64,000 bases of DNA from Candidatus Latescibacterota bacterium (GCA_965221775.1 CBDCSU010000006.1:2272001-2336000); one strand, 5' to 3'. Numbered from the stretch's first letter, positions 40,535-50,851 are shown. Numbers and translations are program-made. The notes: generated by a model not told the origin, from the letters alone.

Positions 40535-41296
40535 TCAGAAGGCCAGGTCGTCGAAGCGGGACAACACGTCGGGTCCGCCGTCGGTGATCGCCACGGTGTG
40601 CTCGAACTGGCTCGACAGGGAGCCGTCGGCGGTGACCGCCGTCCACTGGTCGTCGAGGACGCGGACCTCCGGCGCGCCCGCGTTGACCATGGGCTCCACC
40701 GTGAGGACGGTGCCCGGCTCGAGACGGCGGCCCTGGTTGGGCTCGCCGAAGTGCAGCAGCTGCGGCTCCTCGTGGAAGGCGCGGCCGATGCCGTGGCCGC
40801 AGTAGTCGCGGACCACCGAGTAGCCCCGTTCCTCCACGAGCCGCTGGATGCGGTGCCCCACGTCGCCCAGGCGGGCGCCGGCGATGCTGGCCTCCAGGCC
40901 CGCTTCCATCCCCTGGCGGGTCGTCTCCATCAGATCGCGGGCCTGGGGGCCGACCTCGCCCACGGCGAAGGAGACGTTCATGTCGCCGTGATACCCGTCT
41001 TTGCGCACGGCGATGTCCACGGAGAGGATGTCGCCGGCCTGCAGCCGGCGGCGCCCCGGGATCCCGTGGACGACCTCCTCGTTGACGGAGACGCAGATGC
41101 TGCTCGGGTAGCCGCGGTATCCCTTGGCGCTGGCCACGCCGCCCCGCTGGCGGATGTGGTCGTCGGCGATGCGGTCGAGGCGCGCCGTGGTGACCCCCGG
41201 GGCGATGGCGCCGCCCACGAGGGCCATGGCCTCGGCGGCGATGCGGCAGCTGGCCCGGATCCGCTCGATCTCGGCGGCTGACTTGAGGTGAATCAT
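40535..41296 (-). CDS. map: Methionine aminopeptidase type I
   Basis: SVNEEVVHGIP, DGYHGD, CGHGIG..FHEEP, EPMVN, QFEHT. Confidence 0.97.
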   Translation of the reverse strand: MIHLKSAAEIERIRASCRIAAEAMALVGGAIAPGVTTARLDRIADDHIRQRGGVASAKGYRGYPSSICVSVNEEVVHGIPGRRRLQAGDILSVDIAVRKDGYHGDMNVSFAVGEVGPQARDLMETTRQGMEAGLEASIAGARLGDVGHRIQRLVEERGYSVVRDYCGHGIGRAFHEEPQLLHFGEPNQGRRLEPGTVLTVEPMVNAGAPEVRVLDDQWTAVTADGSLSSQFEHTVAITDGGPDVLSRFDDLAF

Positions 41297-41364
41297 CCCT
41301 GGTCCCGGTTGGTAGCGTGTCGTGGTAAGCACGGCTACCATTCGCCACTGTCAAGGGTCATGGC

Positions 41365-42384
41365 ATGTCGACGCCCCTCGTCTCCTTCCTCCTGCCCACC
41401 TGCAACAGCGGCGCCACTCTCGCAGCGGCCCTCGACAGCCTCGAGGAGCAGACGGAGCGGGACCACGAAGTCGTCGTCGTCGACGACGGATCGACGGACG
41501 GCACGGCGGCCCTGCTCGAGTCTCGCGGCGACCCCCGCCTGCGGGTCCTGCGCATCGGCCACGCCGGCCTCCTGGCGGCCCTCAACCGGGGACTCGCCGA
41601 GTGCCGGGGCCGCTACGTGGCGCGCATGGACGCCGACGACCTGTGCCGGCCGGAACGCCTGGAACGGCAGCTCGAGATCGCCGAGGCCGACGGCGACGTG
41701 AGCGTCGTCGGCACGCAGGTGGAGGTGTTCTCCACGGACGGGGAGGTGGCGGAGGGGTTCCGCCTGTACGCGGAGTGGCAGAACTCCCTGGTCCGCCACG
41801 AGGAGATCTGCCGCGAGATCTTCATCGAGAGCCCCATCGCCCACCCGTCGGCGCTGCTGCGGCGCGAGGAGCTGGTTGCCCTCGGCGGGTACGAGGAGCG
41901 CGGCTGGGCGGAGGACTACGACCTGTGGCTGCGCTACCACGCCGCCGGCCGGCGGTTCGCCAAGGTGGCGGCGCCGCTGCTGCGCTGGCGCGAGCACCCC
42001 CGCCGCGCGACCCGCACCGACGGCCGCTACTCGGTGGAGAACTTCCTGCGCGCCAAGGCCCACTACCTCGCCCGGGGGCCGCTGCGGAATCGGGACGGAC
42101 TGGTGATCTGGGGCGCCGGGCGCACCGGGCGGCGGCTCTCCAAGCACCTGATCCGGGCGGGCCACGAGCCGGTCTGCTTCATCGACGTCGCTCCCGACAG
42201 AATCGGCAGAACCCTGCGCGGCGTTCCGATCCGGTCCGCCGGGGAGCTGATGGCGTGCTGGTCTTCGCAGCGGCGGCCGATCCTGCTGGCGGCGGTAGCC
42301 TCCCGGGGGGCGCGGGCCCTGATCCGGGACCAGCTGGCCGACATGGGTCTGAAGGAAGTGGAGGACTACCTGTGTGTAGCCTGA
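41365..42384 (+). CDS. GT2 glycosyltransferase with C-terminal Rossmann-like domain
   Basis: [25 protein letters not shown]; C-terminal [15 protein letters not shown]. Confidence 0.9.
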   Translation: MSTPLVSFLLPTCNSGATLAAALDSLEEQTERDHEVVVVDDGSTDGTAALLESRGDPRLRVLRIGHAGLLAALNRGLAECRGRYVARMDADDLCRPERLERQLEIAEADGDVSVVGTQVEVFSTDGEVAEGFRLYAEWQNSLVRHEEICREIFIESPIAHPSALLRREELVALGGYEERGWAEDYDLWLRYHAAGRRFAKVAAPLLRWREHPRRATRTDGRYSVENFLRAKAHYLARGPLRNRDGLVIWGAGRTGRRLSKHLIRAGHEPVCFIDVAPDRIGRTLRGVPIRSAGELMACWSSQRRPILLAAVASRGARALIRDQLADMGLKEVEDYLCVA

Positions 42385-42905
42385 AGGACCGGATCGAGCT
42401 CTTCCGGGGAGACATCACCACCCTCGCCGTGGACGCCATCGTCAACGCCGCCAACGAGAGCCTCCTCGGCGGCGGCGGCGTCGATGGCGCCATCCACCGG
42501 GCCGCGGGGCCGGAGTTGCTCGCCGAGTGCCGCACTCTGGGCGGCTGTCCGACGGGCGAGGCCCGCATCACCGGCGGCTACCGTCTGGCGGCACGGCGGG
42601 TGATCCACACGGTGGGGCCCGTGTACAGCGGGTCCGCCCGGGACCCCGAGCTGCTGGCCGCCTGCTACCGCAACAGCCTGAACCTGGCGGCGGAGCACGG
42701 ACTCTCCAGCGTCGCCTTCCCGGCGATCAGCTGCGGGGTCTACCGGTACCCGGTGGCGGCGGCGTGCGCCGTGGCCATCGAGGCGGTGCGGGAGCACCTG
42801 GCGCGCCGCCACCTGCCGGAGCGCGTCCTCTTCGCCCTCTTCTCGGGGCGTCACTACGCCGTGTACGAAGCCGCCCTGGGGGCCGGGGTCGGGCCAGGGC
42901 GCTAG
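42372..42905 (+). CDS. Macrodomain O-acetyl-ADP-ribose deacetylase (YmdB-like)
   Basis: [41 protein letters not shown]. Confidence 0.93.
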   Translation: MCSLKDRIELFRGDITTLAVDAIVNAANESLLGGGGVDGAIHRAAGPELLAECRTLGGCPTGEARITGGYRLAARRVIHTVGPVYSGSARDPELLAACYRNSLNLAAEHGLSSVAFPAISCGVYRYPVAAACAVAIEAVREHLARRHLPERVLFALFSGRHYAVYEAALGAGVGPGR

Positions 42906-43402
42906 AGGCCGAAGACCTCGCGCGTGACGGTGGGCAGGCGATGGAAGTCGCGCAGCTCGTAGCGGTTGCCCTCCGCGTCCTCGATGATGGCCCGGTTGCG
43001 GGACAGGACGCGGATGTGGGAGCGGATATTGCGGATCTCGATACGCCGGGGTCCGCTCGAGGTCTCCACGTCGGCGTGCACGACGCCGAAGTCCTCGGCA
43101 ATGCTGGTCACCGAGGTGATGACCGGCAGGAAGTAGGTCAGGGCGAGCTGGTCCTCCAGGGCGGTGCGGCTCTCCGCGTCGAGGCCGTCGAGGGTTTCGA
43201 GGAGGCCGATCTCCTCGCCGCCGGCGTCGAAGAGGCCGATGAAGCCGTCGGCCATCTCCAGGGGGAAGGCGCGGCGCACCGAGACGTCGTCGAAGCTCCT
43301 CCCTCCCGTCTCCACCGTCAGCAGGGCGCGGCCGTTGCGGCGGATGCGCAGGGCCGACGGATCGAGGACCGGGTCGTGCACGGGATCCGGCGTCGAGGTC
43401 AC
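42902..43402 (-). CDS. DUF1854 family protein
   Basis: [33 protein letters not shown]; GTGA overlap with the ABC stop. Confidence 0.85.
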   Translation of the reverse strand: MTSTPDPVHDPVLDPSALRIRRNGRALLTVETGGRSFDDVSVRRAFPLEMADGFIGLFDAGGEEIGLLETLDGLDAESRTALEDQLALTYFLPVITSVTSIAEDFGVVHADVETSSGPRRIEIRNIRSHIRVLSRNRAIIEDAEGNRYELRDFHRLPTVTREVFGL

Positions 43403-45759
43403 AGGGCCCTCACCTTGGCCAGTTCGGTCTGCATGTCCACGAGCCGCCGGTAGACGCCCTCCTCGCGGGCGAGCAGGTCGGCGTGGGTGCCCTCCTCGAC
43501 GATGCGGCCCTTGTCGAGGACGAGGAGACGGTCGGCGTTCTTGAGGGTTGACAGGCGGTGGGCGATGGCAAAGGTGGTGCGATTGGCGATCAGTCGTTCC
43601 AAAGCCTCCTGGATCTCGTATTCGGTCTGGGTGTCCACCGAGCTGGTGGCCTCGTCGAGGATCAGGATCCGGGGGTTGCCGATGAGGGCGCGTGCGATGG
43701 AGATGCGCTGGCGCTCGCCGCCTGAGAGGCGGCCCCCCCGCTCGCCCACCTCGGTGTCGTAGCCGTCGGGGAAGCGCATGATGAAGCCGTGGGCGTTGGC
43801 GGCCCGGGCGGCGGCGATGATCTCGGAGCGGCTGGCGTCGGGGCGGCCGTAGGCGATGTTCTGGCCGATCGATCCCTGGAAGAGCAGCGGCTCCTGAAGG
43901 ACGACGCCGATCTGGGCGCGCAGCTTCTTCTGCTGAAGACCGACGATGGGCTTGTCGTCGACGAGGATCTCGCCGTCGGTAGCTTCGTACATCCGCGAGA
44001 TCAGGTTGACGAGGGTTGACTTGCCGGCGCCCGAGTGGCCCACGAGGCCGATCATTTCCCCGGGCTCGACGGTGCAGCTCACCCGGTCGAGGATGCGGCC
44101 CACGCCATCGTAGGTGAAGGAGACGTCCCGGAACTCGACGCGTCCATCGATCACCCCCGGATCCCGGGCGCCGGGCTCGTCCATGACCTCGGGCTCGGTG
44201 TCGAGGATCTCGAAGACGCGCTCCGATGACGTGGCCGCTCTCTCAAGCTCGTTGGAGAGCCGGCTCAACTGCTGAACCGGAGCGTAGAACCTCATCATGT
44301 AGCCGATGAAGATCTGGAGCTCGCCCATGGTCATGGATCCCTCGAGCACCCGGTTGCCGCCGAACCACCACAGGATGACCGCGCCCGTGGCGGTGATGAA
44401 GGCGATGCTGGGCTGGAACCAGGCCTGCATCTTCACCGAGGCCATGCGCGCGGCGAGGAGCTCGCTGTTGCGCCGGCCGAAGGCGCGCATCTCGCGTTCC
44501 TCCTGGGCGAAGGCCTTCACCACCTTGACCCCCGGGATGGTGTCGGCCAGCTGCCCGTTCAACTCGGCGACGCGGCGCCAGATCGAGTGGAAGACCCAGT
44601 GGATCCGTTTTCGGTAAACCTGCGTGACCAGGAGCATGACCGGCGTCGGCAACAGCACCAGCAGGGCGAGGGTCCAGTCCTTCAGGAGCAGGATGACGCC
44701 GATGCCGACGAGCGTCAGCAGGGCCACCAGCAGGTCCTGGAAGCCGGTGGTGATGAAGTCCCGCATGCGCTCCGTGTCATGGGTGACGCGGGTCATGATG
44801 CGGCCGGTGCTGTGACGGGAGTAGAAGGAGAGGGAGAGGGCCTGCAGGTAGTTGAAGATCTGGATCTGCAGGTCGTAGGTGACGCGCTGACCCAGCCACC
44901 CGAGGGTCCAGGTGCGCGCCCCGTTGAGGATCATGGCACCGAAGTGGGCGCCCAGCAGGCCGAGAACGACCGCGGCGAGCAAAGCGACGCTCTGGGGCGG
45001 AGCAGCCCAGGGCTCGCCGGTCGGGTAGATCTCGGGCGGCGGGCCCTGGGGATTCTCGGCGGGCGACATCCCGGCAGGAGGAATCGGAACTCCCTCGGCA
45101 GTCAACTGCCCGCGCTCGATGAGGACCGGGGTGATGACCTCGTCGATGAGGTATCCGTTCAACAGCGGCGGCAGCAGGCTCACGAGGGTCATGGAGGCGG
45201 TCAGGAGGAAGCCGAGAATGGCTGTCTTCCTGTATGGCCTCACATAGGAGAACAGCCGCCAGAGGGTTTCCCGCTTGCGGATGCAGTGAGGGCAGACCTT
45301 CGAGCCCGGGCGCAGTGCCCGGCCGCAGCTCTCGCAGTGCTCGACCCTGCGCGGCGGGATCGCCTCTTGCGTCTGCTCGTCCCCGGCGGCTTCCACCGGC
45401 TCCGCCATGGCCGCCTCCACGGCCTGGGGCACGGCGGAGAACTTGAAGTAGTTGCCCTGGGAGAAGCGCACCAGCTCGTGGGTGCCGTCGGGCATCTCCA
45501 GCATCAGGGAGCCGCTGCCCACGTAGCTGCGGGTCTGGATGCGGCGCACCTGGTCCAGGGGCCAGCTCCGCACCTCGGGGGAGCCGCCGTTGGAGTGCAC
45601 CACGAGAAGGCGCTCGTCGGTCAGGGCGAGCCAGTTCTCGCCGTAGCGCCCGTCCAGATCGAGGTCGGCCGCCAGCAGTGCGAGCAGCAACTCGCCGGGT
45701 TGGAGCTCGCGGCGGAGGTGGGGATCGAGGACCGGCGAGATCGGCTCGAGGAGGTCCAT
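43399..45759 (-). CDS. Exporter-fold ABC transporter with N-terminal PH-like domain and Zn ribbon (third paralog)
   Basis: WLALTDERL, CESC..CPHC, GHSGAGKST, LSGGERQR, ILDEATSS, AHRLST. Confidence 0.95.
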   Translation of the reverse strand: MDLLEPISPVLDPHLRRELQPGELLLALLAADLDLDGRYGENWLALTDERLLVVHSNGGSPEVRSWPLDQVRRIQTRSYVGSGSLMLEMPDGTHELVRFSQGNYFKFSAVPQAVEAAMAEPVEAAGDEQTQEAIPPRRVEHCESCGRALRPGSKVCPHCIRKRETLWRLFSYVRPYRKTAILGFLLTASMTLVSLLPPLLNGYLIDEVITPVLIERGQLTAEGVPIPPAGMSPAENPQGPPPEIYPTGEPWAAPPQSVALLAAVVLGLLGAHFGAMILNGARTWTLGWLGQRVTYDLQIQIFNYLQALSLSFYSRHSTGRIMTRVTHDTERMRDFITTGFQDLLVALLTLVGIGVILLLKDWTLALLVLLPTPVMLLVTQVYRKRIHWVFHSIWRRVAELNGQLADTIPGVKVVKAFAQEEREMRAFGRRNSELLAARMASVKMQAWFQPSIAFITATGAVILWWFGGNRVLEGSMTMGELQIFIGYMMRFYAPVQQLSRLSNELERAATSSERVFEILDTEPEVMDEPGARDPGVIDGRVEFRDVSFTYDGVGRILDRVSCTVEPGEMIGLVGHSGAGKSTLVNLISRMYEATDGEILVDDKPIVGLQQKKLRAQIGVVLQEPLLFQGSIGQNIAYGRPDASRSEIIAAARAANAHGFIMRFPDGYDTEVGERGGRLSGGERQRISIARALIGNPRILILDEATSSVDTQTEYEIQEALERLIANRTTFAIAHRLSTLKNADRLLVLDKGRIVEEGTHADLLAREEGVYRRLVDMQTELAKVRAL

Positions 45760-45890
45760 CGACTAGCTGATTCCGGGGCGGGTCGGGGCGGGCAAGGGAC
45801 GGCGGCGAGGGGCCGCAGCGGGGGGCATGGGTGGCCTGATTCTCGGCGGAGGCGGAGCATTCCGGGTTCCGCGGGCCCGCCTCGACTGAA

Positions 45891-45919
45891 CGTAACACAA
45901 AGTAAAGCAAGCAGTTACG
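45891..45919. promoter_or_regulatory. AT-rich palindromic site in a divergent promoter region
   Basis: CGTAAC-N17-GTTACG; includes AAGCAAGCAGTTA, one mismatch to the IHF consensus WATCAANNNNTTR. Confidence 0.4.
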
Positions 45920-45999
45920 AATGGCAACAGGATGTCCTCCCGATTGTCGCGCCGGCTCGCCCCTCCGTAGATTCACGCACTACAGGAGGATTCACCGAG

Positions 46000-47034
46000 A
46001 TGACCACCACCTACACGCCGGAGGAGTTGCGCGAACGCCTCGACCGGCTTCCTCGCCTGCGCCTTGCGGCCCTGCCCACCCCCCTCGACGAGTTGCCTCG
46101 GCTGTCCGAGGCGGTGGGCGGGCCCCGCATCTGGATGAAGCGCGAGGACCTCACGGGCCTGGCCTTCGGCGGCAACAAGATCCGCGAGTTCGAGTATTCC
46201 ATCGCCCAGGCGGTGGAGGCCGGCTGCGATGTGCTCGTCCACGCCGCCGCGGCCCAGTCGAACCAGTCGCGCCAGACGGCGGCGGTGGCGGCCCGTCTCG
46301 GCCTGAAGGCGGTGCAGGTGGGCCGCGCCGACGCCCACTCACAGCCTCAGGGCAATCTGCTCCTGTCCCACCTCTTCGGCGCCGAGGTCCACCTGCCGCC
46401 GGTGGCCGAGCAGGGCGCCGCCCTGGAGGCGACGATGGCGCGGCTGCGGGCCGAGGGGCACAGGCCCTTCAACACCAGTTCCGACGGCGGCCTCTACCGG
46501 GGCATCGCCTATGTCGACGGATTTCTCGAGTTGTGGGACCAGTTGCAGGAGCGCGGTCTGCACCCGGACGCCGTGTACGTCTGCTCCGGGGCGCACACGC
46601 ACACCGGGATGGTGGTGGCGGCGCGCGCCCTCGGCCTCTCCCTGCGCTTCGTCGGGATCAGCCCCAGTCCCCGCGATGACGGCGAGGCGGCGCGGGGCAT
46701 GGCCCGCCTCGCCGCCGAGCACTGCCGTATCCTCGATCTCGACGTCGAGGTCACGGCGCGGGACATCGAGAGCTGGTCCGACTTCGTCGGCCCGGGGTAC
46801 GGCGTGGTCACCGAGGGCAGCCGCGAGGCCCTGCGGCTGACGGCGCGCACCGAGGGGCTCGTTCTCGACCCCTGCTACACGGGCAAGACCATGGCCGGCC
46901 TCATCGCCCACGTCCGGGCCGGCTGGTGGACGCCGGATCAGACCGTCGTCTTCGTGCACACCGGGGGGACGCCGGCCCTCTTCGCCTACGCTGGCGAGCT
47001 GGGCCTGGAGCTGGACGGAAGAGGGGCGCGATGA
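46000..47034 (+). CDS. D-cysteine desulfhydrase / ACC deaminase family PLP enzyme
   Basis: SD aggagg; LPTPL, KREDLTGLAFGGNKIR, QSN, DPCYTGK, HTGG. Confidence 0.9.
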   Translation: MTTTYTPEELRERLDRLPRLRLAALPTPLDELPRLSEAVGGPRIWMKREDLTGLAFGGNKIREFEYSIAQAVEAGCDVLVHAAAAQSNQSRQTAAVAARLGLKAVQVGRADAHSQPQGNLLLSHLFGAEVHLPPVAEQGAALEATMARLRAEGHRPFNTSSDGGLYRGIAYVDGFLELWDQLQERGLHPDAVYVCSGAHTHTGMVVAARALGLSLRFVGISPSPRDDGEAARGMARLAAEHCRILDLDVEVTARDIESWSDFVGPGYGVVTEGSREALRLTARTEGLVLDPCYTGKTMAGLIAHVRAGWWTPDQTVVFVHTGGTPALFAYAGELGLELDGRGAR

Positions 47035-48512
47035 ACCAGACCGCGCCGCAGCCGCAACGTCTCGCCCGGCGCGCCGAGCTGGTGCGCCGCCTGGCGCGGC
47101 TCGTCGACGAGGGAGGGCTGATCCACCGCCCCGAGGACCTCGTGGCCTACGAGTGCGACGGCCTGTCCGCCTATCGACAGGCTCCGTTGGCGGTGGCCCT
47201 GCCGACCTCCGCCGGGCAGGTCTCCGGCCTGTTGCGCGCCTGCACCGAGCTCGACATCCCCGTCGTCCCCTGGGGTGCCGGCACCGGTCTCTCGGGCGGC
47301 GCCCTGCCCCTCGGCGACGGCGTCGTCCTGAGCACCGCCAGGATGAACCGCATCCTCGACATCGACGTGGAGGACCGCACCGTCACCGTCGAGCCTGGGG
47401 TTCCGAATCTCTCCGTCACCCACGCCGTGGCGCCCCACGGCTTCTACTACGCCCCCGACCCGTCGAGCCAGATCGCCTGCACCATCGGCGGCAACGTCGC
47501 CGAGAACGCCGGCGGCGTGCACTGCCTGAAGTACGGCACGACGACGAACAACCTCCTCGGCCTGCAGGTCGTGCTCTCCGACGGCGAGATCGTCGAGGTC
47601 GGCTCGGCCGCCATGGAGCGCTCCGGGTACGATGTCCTCGCCCTGCTCACCGGCTCCGAGGGGCTCCTCGGCGTGATCACGCGGGCGACCCTGCGCATCC
47701 TGCCGAAGCCGGAGTCGACGCGGGCCCTGATGGCCGTCTTCGACTCGGTGTCCGCCGCCGGCGCCGCCGTGGCCGCCATCATCGGGTCCGGCCTCGTCCC
47801 CGCCGGCATGGAGATCATGGACCGCCTGTCGATCGAGGCGGTGGAGGAGTTCCTCGGGTGCGGCTACCCCCTCGGCGTGGAGTCCCTGCTGCTGGTGGAG
47901 GTGGACGGCCCCGCCGCCGAGGTGGAGGAGCAGATCGACGCCGTGGAGCGGACCGTGCGCGCCGCCGGCTCCACCCAGGTGCGCCGCGCCGACTCGCCCG
48001 AGGAGCGGCAGCGGCTGTGGGCCGGCCGCAAGGCCGCCTTCCCGGCCATGGGGCGCATCAGCCCCGACTACTACTGCATGGACGGCACCATACCCCGCGG
48101 CCGGCTGCCCGAAGTGCTCGAGCGGATCGCCGTCCTGTCGAAGGCCTACGGTCTGCGCGTGGCCAACGTCTTCCACGCCGGCGACGGCAACCTGCATCCG
48201 CTGGTGCTCTACGACAGCAGCGCCGGCGAGCTGGAGCCGGCCGAGGAGCTCGGCGGCGAGATCCTGAAGCTGTGCGTCGAGGTGGGCGGGGTGCTCTCCG
48301 GTGAGCACGGCATCGGGGTGGAGAAGCGCGACCTCATGCCCTGCCAGCTGTCCGACGACGACCTCGACCTGCAGGAGGAGCTGAAGGCCGCCTTCGATCC
48401 GGCGGGTGTGCTCAACCCGGGCAAGGTCTACCCCAGCCTGCGCACTTGCGCCGAAGGCCGCATGCACGTGCCGGGGGGGCGACTGCCTTTTCCCGAGCTC
48501 GAGCGCTTCTGA
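47031..48512 (+). CDS. glcD: Glycolate oxidase FAD-linked subunit
   Basis: AYECDGL, GAGTGLSGGA, PDPSSQIACTIGGNVAENAGG, HAGDGNLHP, GEHGIG, LNPGK. Confidence 0.92.
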   Translation: MNQTAPQPQRLARRAELVRRLARLVDEGGLIHRPEDLVAYECDGLSAYRQAPLAVALPTSAGQVSGLLRACTELDIPVVPWGAGTGLSGGALPLGDGVVLSTARMNRILDIDVEDRTVTVEPGVPNLSVTHAVAPHGFYYAPDPSSQIACTIGGNVAENAGGVHCLKYGTTTNNLLGLQVVLSDGEIVEVGSAAMERSGYDVLALLTGSEGLLGVITRATLRILPKPESTRALMAVFDSVSAAGAAVAAIIGSGLVPAGMEIMDRLSIEAVEEFLGCGYPLGVESLLLVEVDGPAAEVEEQIDAVERTVRAAGSTQVRRADSPEERQRLWAGRKAAFPAMGRISPDYYCMDGTIPRGRLPEVLERIAVLSKAYGLRVANVFHAGDGNLHPLVLYDSSAGELEPAEELGGEILKLCVEVGGVLSGEHGIGVEKRDLMPCQLSDDDLDLQEELKAAFDPAGVLNPGKVYPSLRTCAEGRMHVPGGRLPFPELERF

Positions 48513-48542
48513 GGGACCGCGGGTCCCGCTGGTTCCCAGTCC

Positions 48543-49703
48543 GTGGCTTCCGCCCCATCTCCCGAGCAGGTCGTGACACCCTCCGACGCCTCCGAGGTGG
48601 AGGAACTGGTACGCGACGCGGCCGACTCCGGCCGCCGTCTCGAGCTGGGCGCCGGAGGCACGAAGGCCGGCCTCGGCCGGGCCCTGTCCGAAGAGGCCGC
48701 ACGGGTCGACCTGTCGCGGTTGACGGGTGTGGTCACCTACGAGCCGGAGGAGCTGATCCTGGTGGTGCGGCCGGGCACCCGGCTGCGGGAGGTGGAGGAG
48801 TTGCTCGCCGGGCGGGGCCAGCAGCTGGCCTTCGAGCCGCCGCACTGGGGGGAGGCGGCCACCGCGGGCGGCACGCTGAGCTGCGGCTGGGCGGGCCCGC
48901 GCCGGTTCCGGGCGGGATCGGTGCGGGACTTCGTCCTCGGCGTGGAACTCGTGGACGGCCGCGGCCGGCGGCTGAGGGCCGGTGGCCGGGTGGTGAAGAA
49001 CGTGACCGGCTACGACCTGTGGCGGGCCATGGTGGGCGCCTTCGGAACCTTGGGGGTGCTCACCGAAGTGTGCCTCAAGCTCTGGCCGCGGCCGGCTGCG
49101 GAGCGCTCGCTGCGAGTGGGGGGGCTGGCACCGCCCGCCGCCGCCGCGTGCCTGCTCGAGTGGTCGCGCCGACCCGAGGAGATCAGCGGCCTCGCCGTCG
49201 ACGCCGAGGGCCGCTTGCTCGCCCGCGTCGAGGGCTCGGAGCGGGGGGTGACGCGGCAGATCGAGCAGCTGGCCCCCGAGGCGCCCGGGGCGGTGGAGGT
49301 CCTGGCCGCCGCCGAATCGGCGCGGCTGTGGTCGGGTCTGCGGGAAGCGGAGCCCTACCGGGCGGCTCCCGGCGAGGCCCTGTGGCGCATCGCGGTGCCG
49401 CCCTCGAAGGCTCCGGCAGCGGTCTCGGCGATGGCCGCCTTCGGTCTGCGGCGCAGCGGTCTCGACTGGGGCGGAGGGCTGTTGTGGGCGGTCTTGCCGG
49501 CCGATGCCGACGCCGCCGGCGTGCACGAGGCCGTGGCCCGGCTGGAGGGCGCCGGTTCCCGTCTGGCCACCGGTCCCGGCGACGCCAACCCACGGGCCTT
49601 CACCCCCCTGAGCCCGGGTCTGGCCCGCATGAACGGAATGCTCAAGAGCACTCTCGATCCGCGGGGCCTGTTCAACCCCGGACGGATGTATTCCGGCCGC
49701 TAG
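48543..49703 (+). CDS. glcE: Glycolate oxidase FAD-binding subunit
   Basis: GGTK, YEPEEL, LAFEPP, GGRVVKNVTGYD, GTLG, DWGGG, FNPGRM. Confidence 0.9.
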   Translation: MASAPSPEQVVTPSDASEVEELVRDAADSGRRLELGAGGTKAGLGRALSEEAARVDLSRLTGVVTYEPEELILVVRPGTRLREVEELLAGRGQQLAFEPPHWGEAATAGGTLSCGWAGPRRFRAGSVRDFVLGVELVDGRGRRLRAGGRVVKNVTGYDLWRAMVGAFGTLGVLTEVCLKLWPRPAAERSLRVGGLAPPAAAACLLEWSRRPEEISGLAVDAEGRLLARVEGSERGVTRQIEQLAPEAPGAVEVLAAAESARLWSGLREAEPYRAAPGEALWRIAVPPSKAPAAVSAMAAFGLRRSGLDWGGGLLWAVLPADADAAGVHEAVARLEGAGSRLATGPGDANPRAFTPLSPGLARMNGMLKSTLDPRGLFNPGRMYSGR

Positions 49704-49745
49704 AAACCGGCGCCGGGCGACCGTCCTCGGCCCTCCGGAGGTCCG

Positions 49746-49774
49746 TTGACAGTGCATCCATGCTTCGTTAAGCT
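49746..49774 (+). promoter_or_regulatory. sigma70 promoter
   Basis: TTGACA, 17-nt spacer, TAAGCT. Confidence 0.7.
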
Positions 49775-49795
49775 ACATGTTTTCCCGAAGGTTAC

Positions 49796-50851
49796 GTGAA
49801 TCTCACCGATTGCCTCCCCTCCTCCCGCCGACCAACGCCGCCGCGTGAGCGCGACGCCCCCCCGATGACCTCCTCTGGTTCGCTGGGCCAGATGCTCGGG
49901 CCCATACAGAAGGAGATCGACCACTTCGAGCGGCGCCTGGACGAGATGCTCCAGGCCGATGTCGACATGGTCCACGAGGTGGCCCGTTACATGGCCGCTC
50001 TCAAGGGGAAGCGTCTGCGCCCCGCTCTCACCGTGCTGTGCACCCGCGCCACGGGGCGCTGGGACGACCGTGTCATCGACGCCGGCGTCGGGGTGGAGAT
50101 GATCCACGCTGCCACGGTGATCCACGACGATGTCGTGGACGGGGCCGGCATGCGGCGGGGCCAGGCGACGGTCAACAGCAAGTGGAACGACCATGTCGCC
50201 GTGCTCATGGGCGACTTCCTCCTCGCCCGGGCCCTCTGCCTGCTGGTCAGCCTGGGCGATCTCCAGGTCATGGCGGCGGTCTCCGGGGCCACCGAGCGGC
50301 TGAGCAAGGGCGAGATCTTCGAGTTCCAGATCGGGCTGCAGGCCGACACGAGCGAGGCCTCCTATTTCGCCATGGTGAGCGACAAGACCGCTTCGCTGAT
50401 ATCGGCCGCCTGCCGCATCGGACCCGTGCTGGCCGGGGCTCCACCGGAGGTGGTCGAGAGCCTGACGAAGTACGGCGAATCCCTGGGGCTGGCCTTCCAG
50501 ATCGCCGACGACATCCTCGACTTCACCGGTGACGAGTCGACCTTGGGCAAGCCGGTCGGCCGCGACCTGCGGGAGCGCAAGATCACCCTGCCCCTGATCA
50601 AGTCGCTGGCGGCGGCTCCCGAGGCAGAACGGTCCGAGATCGTCCGCGTGTTGTCGGCTCCGGAGCCCCGGGAGGAGGACTGGAACCGCGTCTCCGACTT
50701 CGTCGAACGGCGCGGCGGGGTGGCCGCGGCCAGCGCCGCGGCGCGGGAGTGCGCCGACCGCGCCCAGGCGTGCCTGGAGGTTCTCGAGCCCTCCGCGGAG
50801 CGCACGATCCTGGAGACCACGGTGCGTCTGGTGGTCGAGCGGGACAGCTGA
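49796..50851 (+). CDS. Polyprenyl diphosphate synthase (IspB-like); true start may be downstream
   Basis: GKRLRP, HDDVVD...RRG, GDFLL, KTA, AFQIADDILD. Confidence 0.92.
   Translation: MNLTDCLPSSRRPTPPRERDAPPMTSSGSLGQMLGPIQKEIDHFERRLDEMLQADVDMVHEVARYMAALKGKRLRPALTVLCTRATGRWDDRVIDAGVGVEMIHAATVIHDDVVDGAGMRRGQATVNSKWNDHVAVLMGDFLLARALCLLVSLGDLQVMAAVSGATERLSKGEIFEFQIGLQADTSEASYFAMVSDKTASLISAACRIGPVLAGAPPEVVESLTKYGESLGLAFQIADDILDFTGDESTLGKPVGRDLRERKITLPLIKSLAAAPEAERSEIVRVLSAPEPREEDWNRVSDFVERRGGVAAASAAARECADRAQACLEVLEPSAERTILETTVRLVVERDS

Noticed and set aside
46000-47034. ACC deaminase (acdS)
   Set aside because: Thr at both diagnostic positions instead of Glu and Leu.
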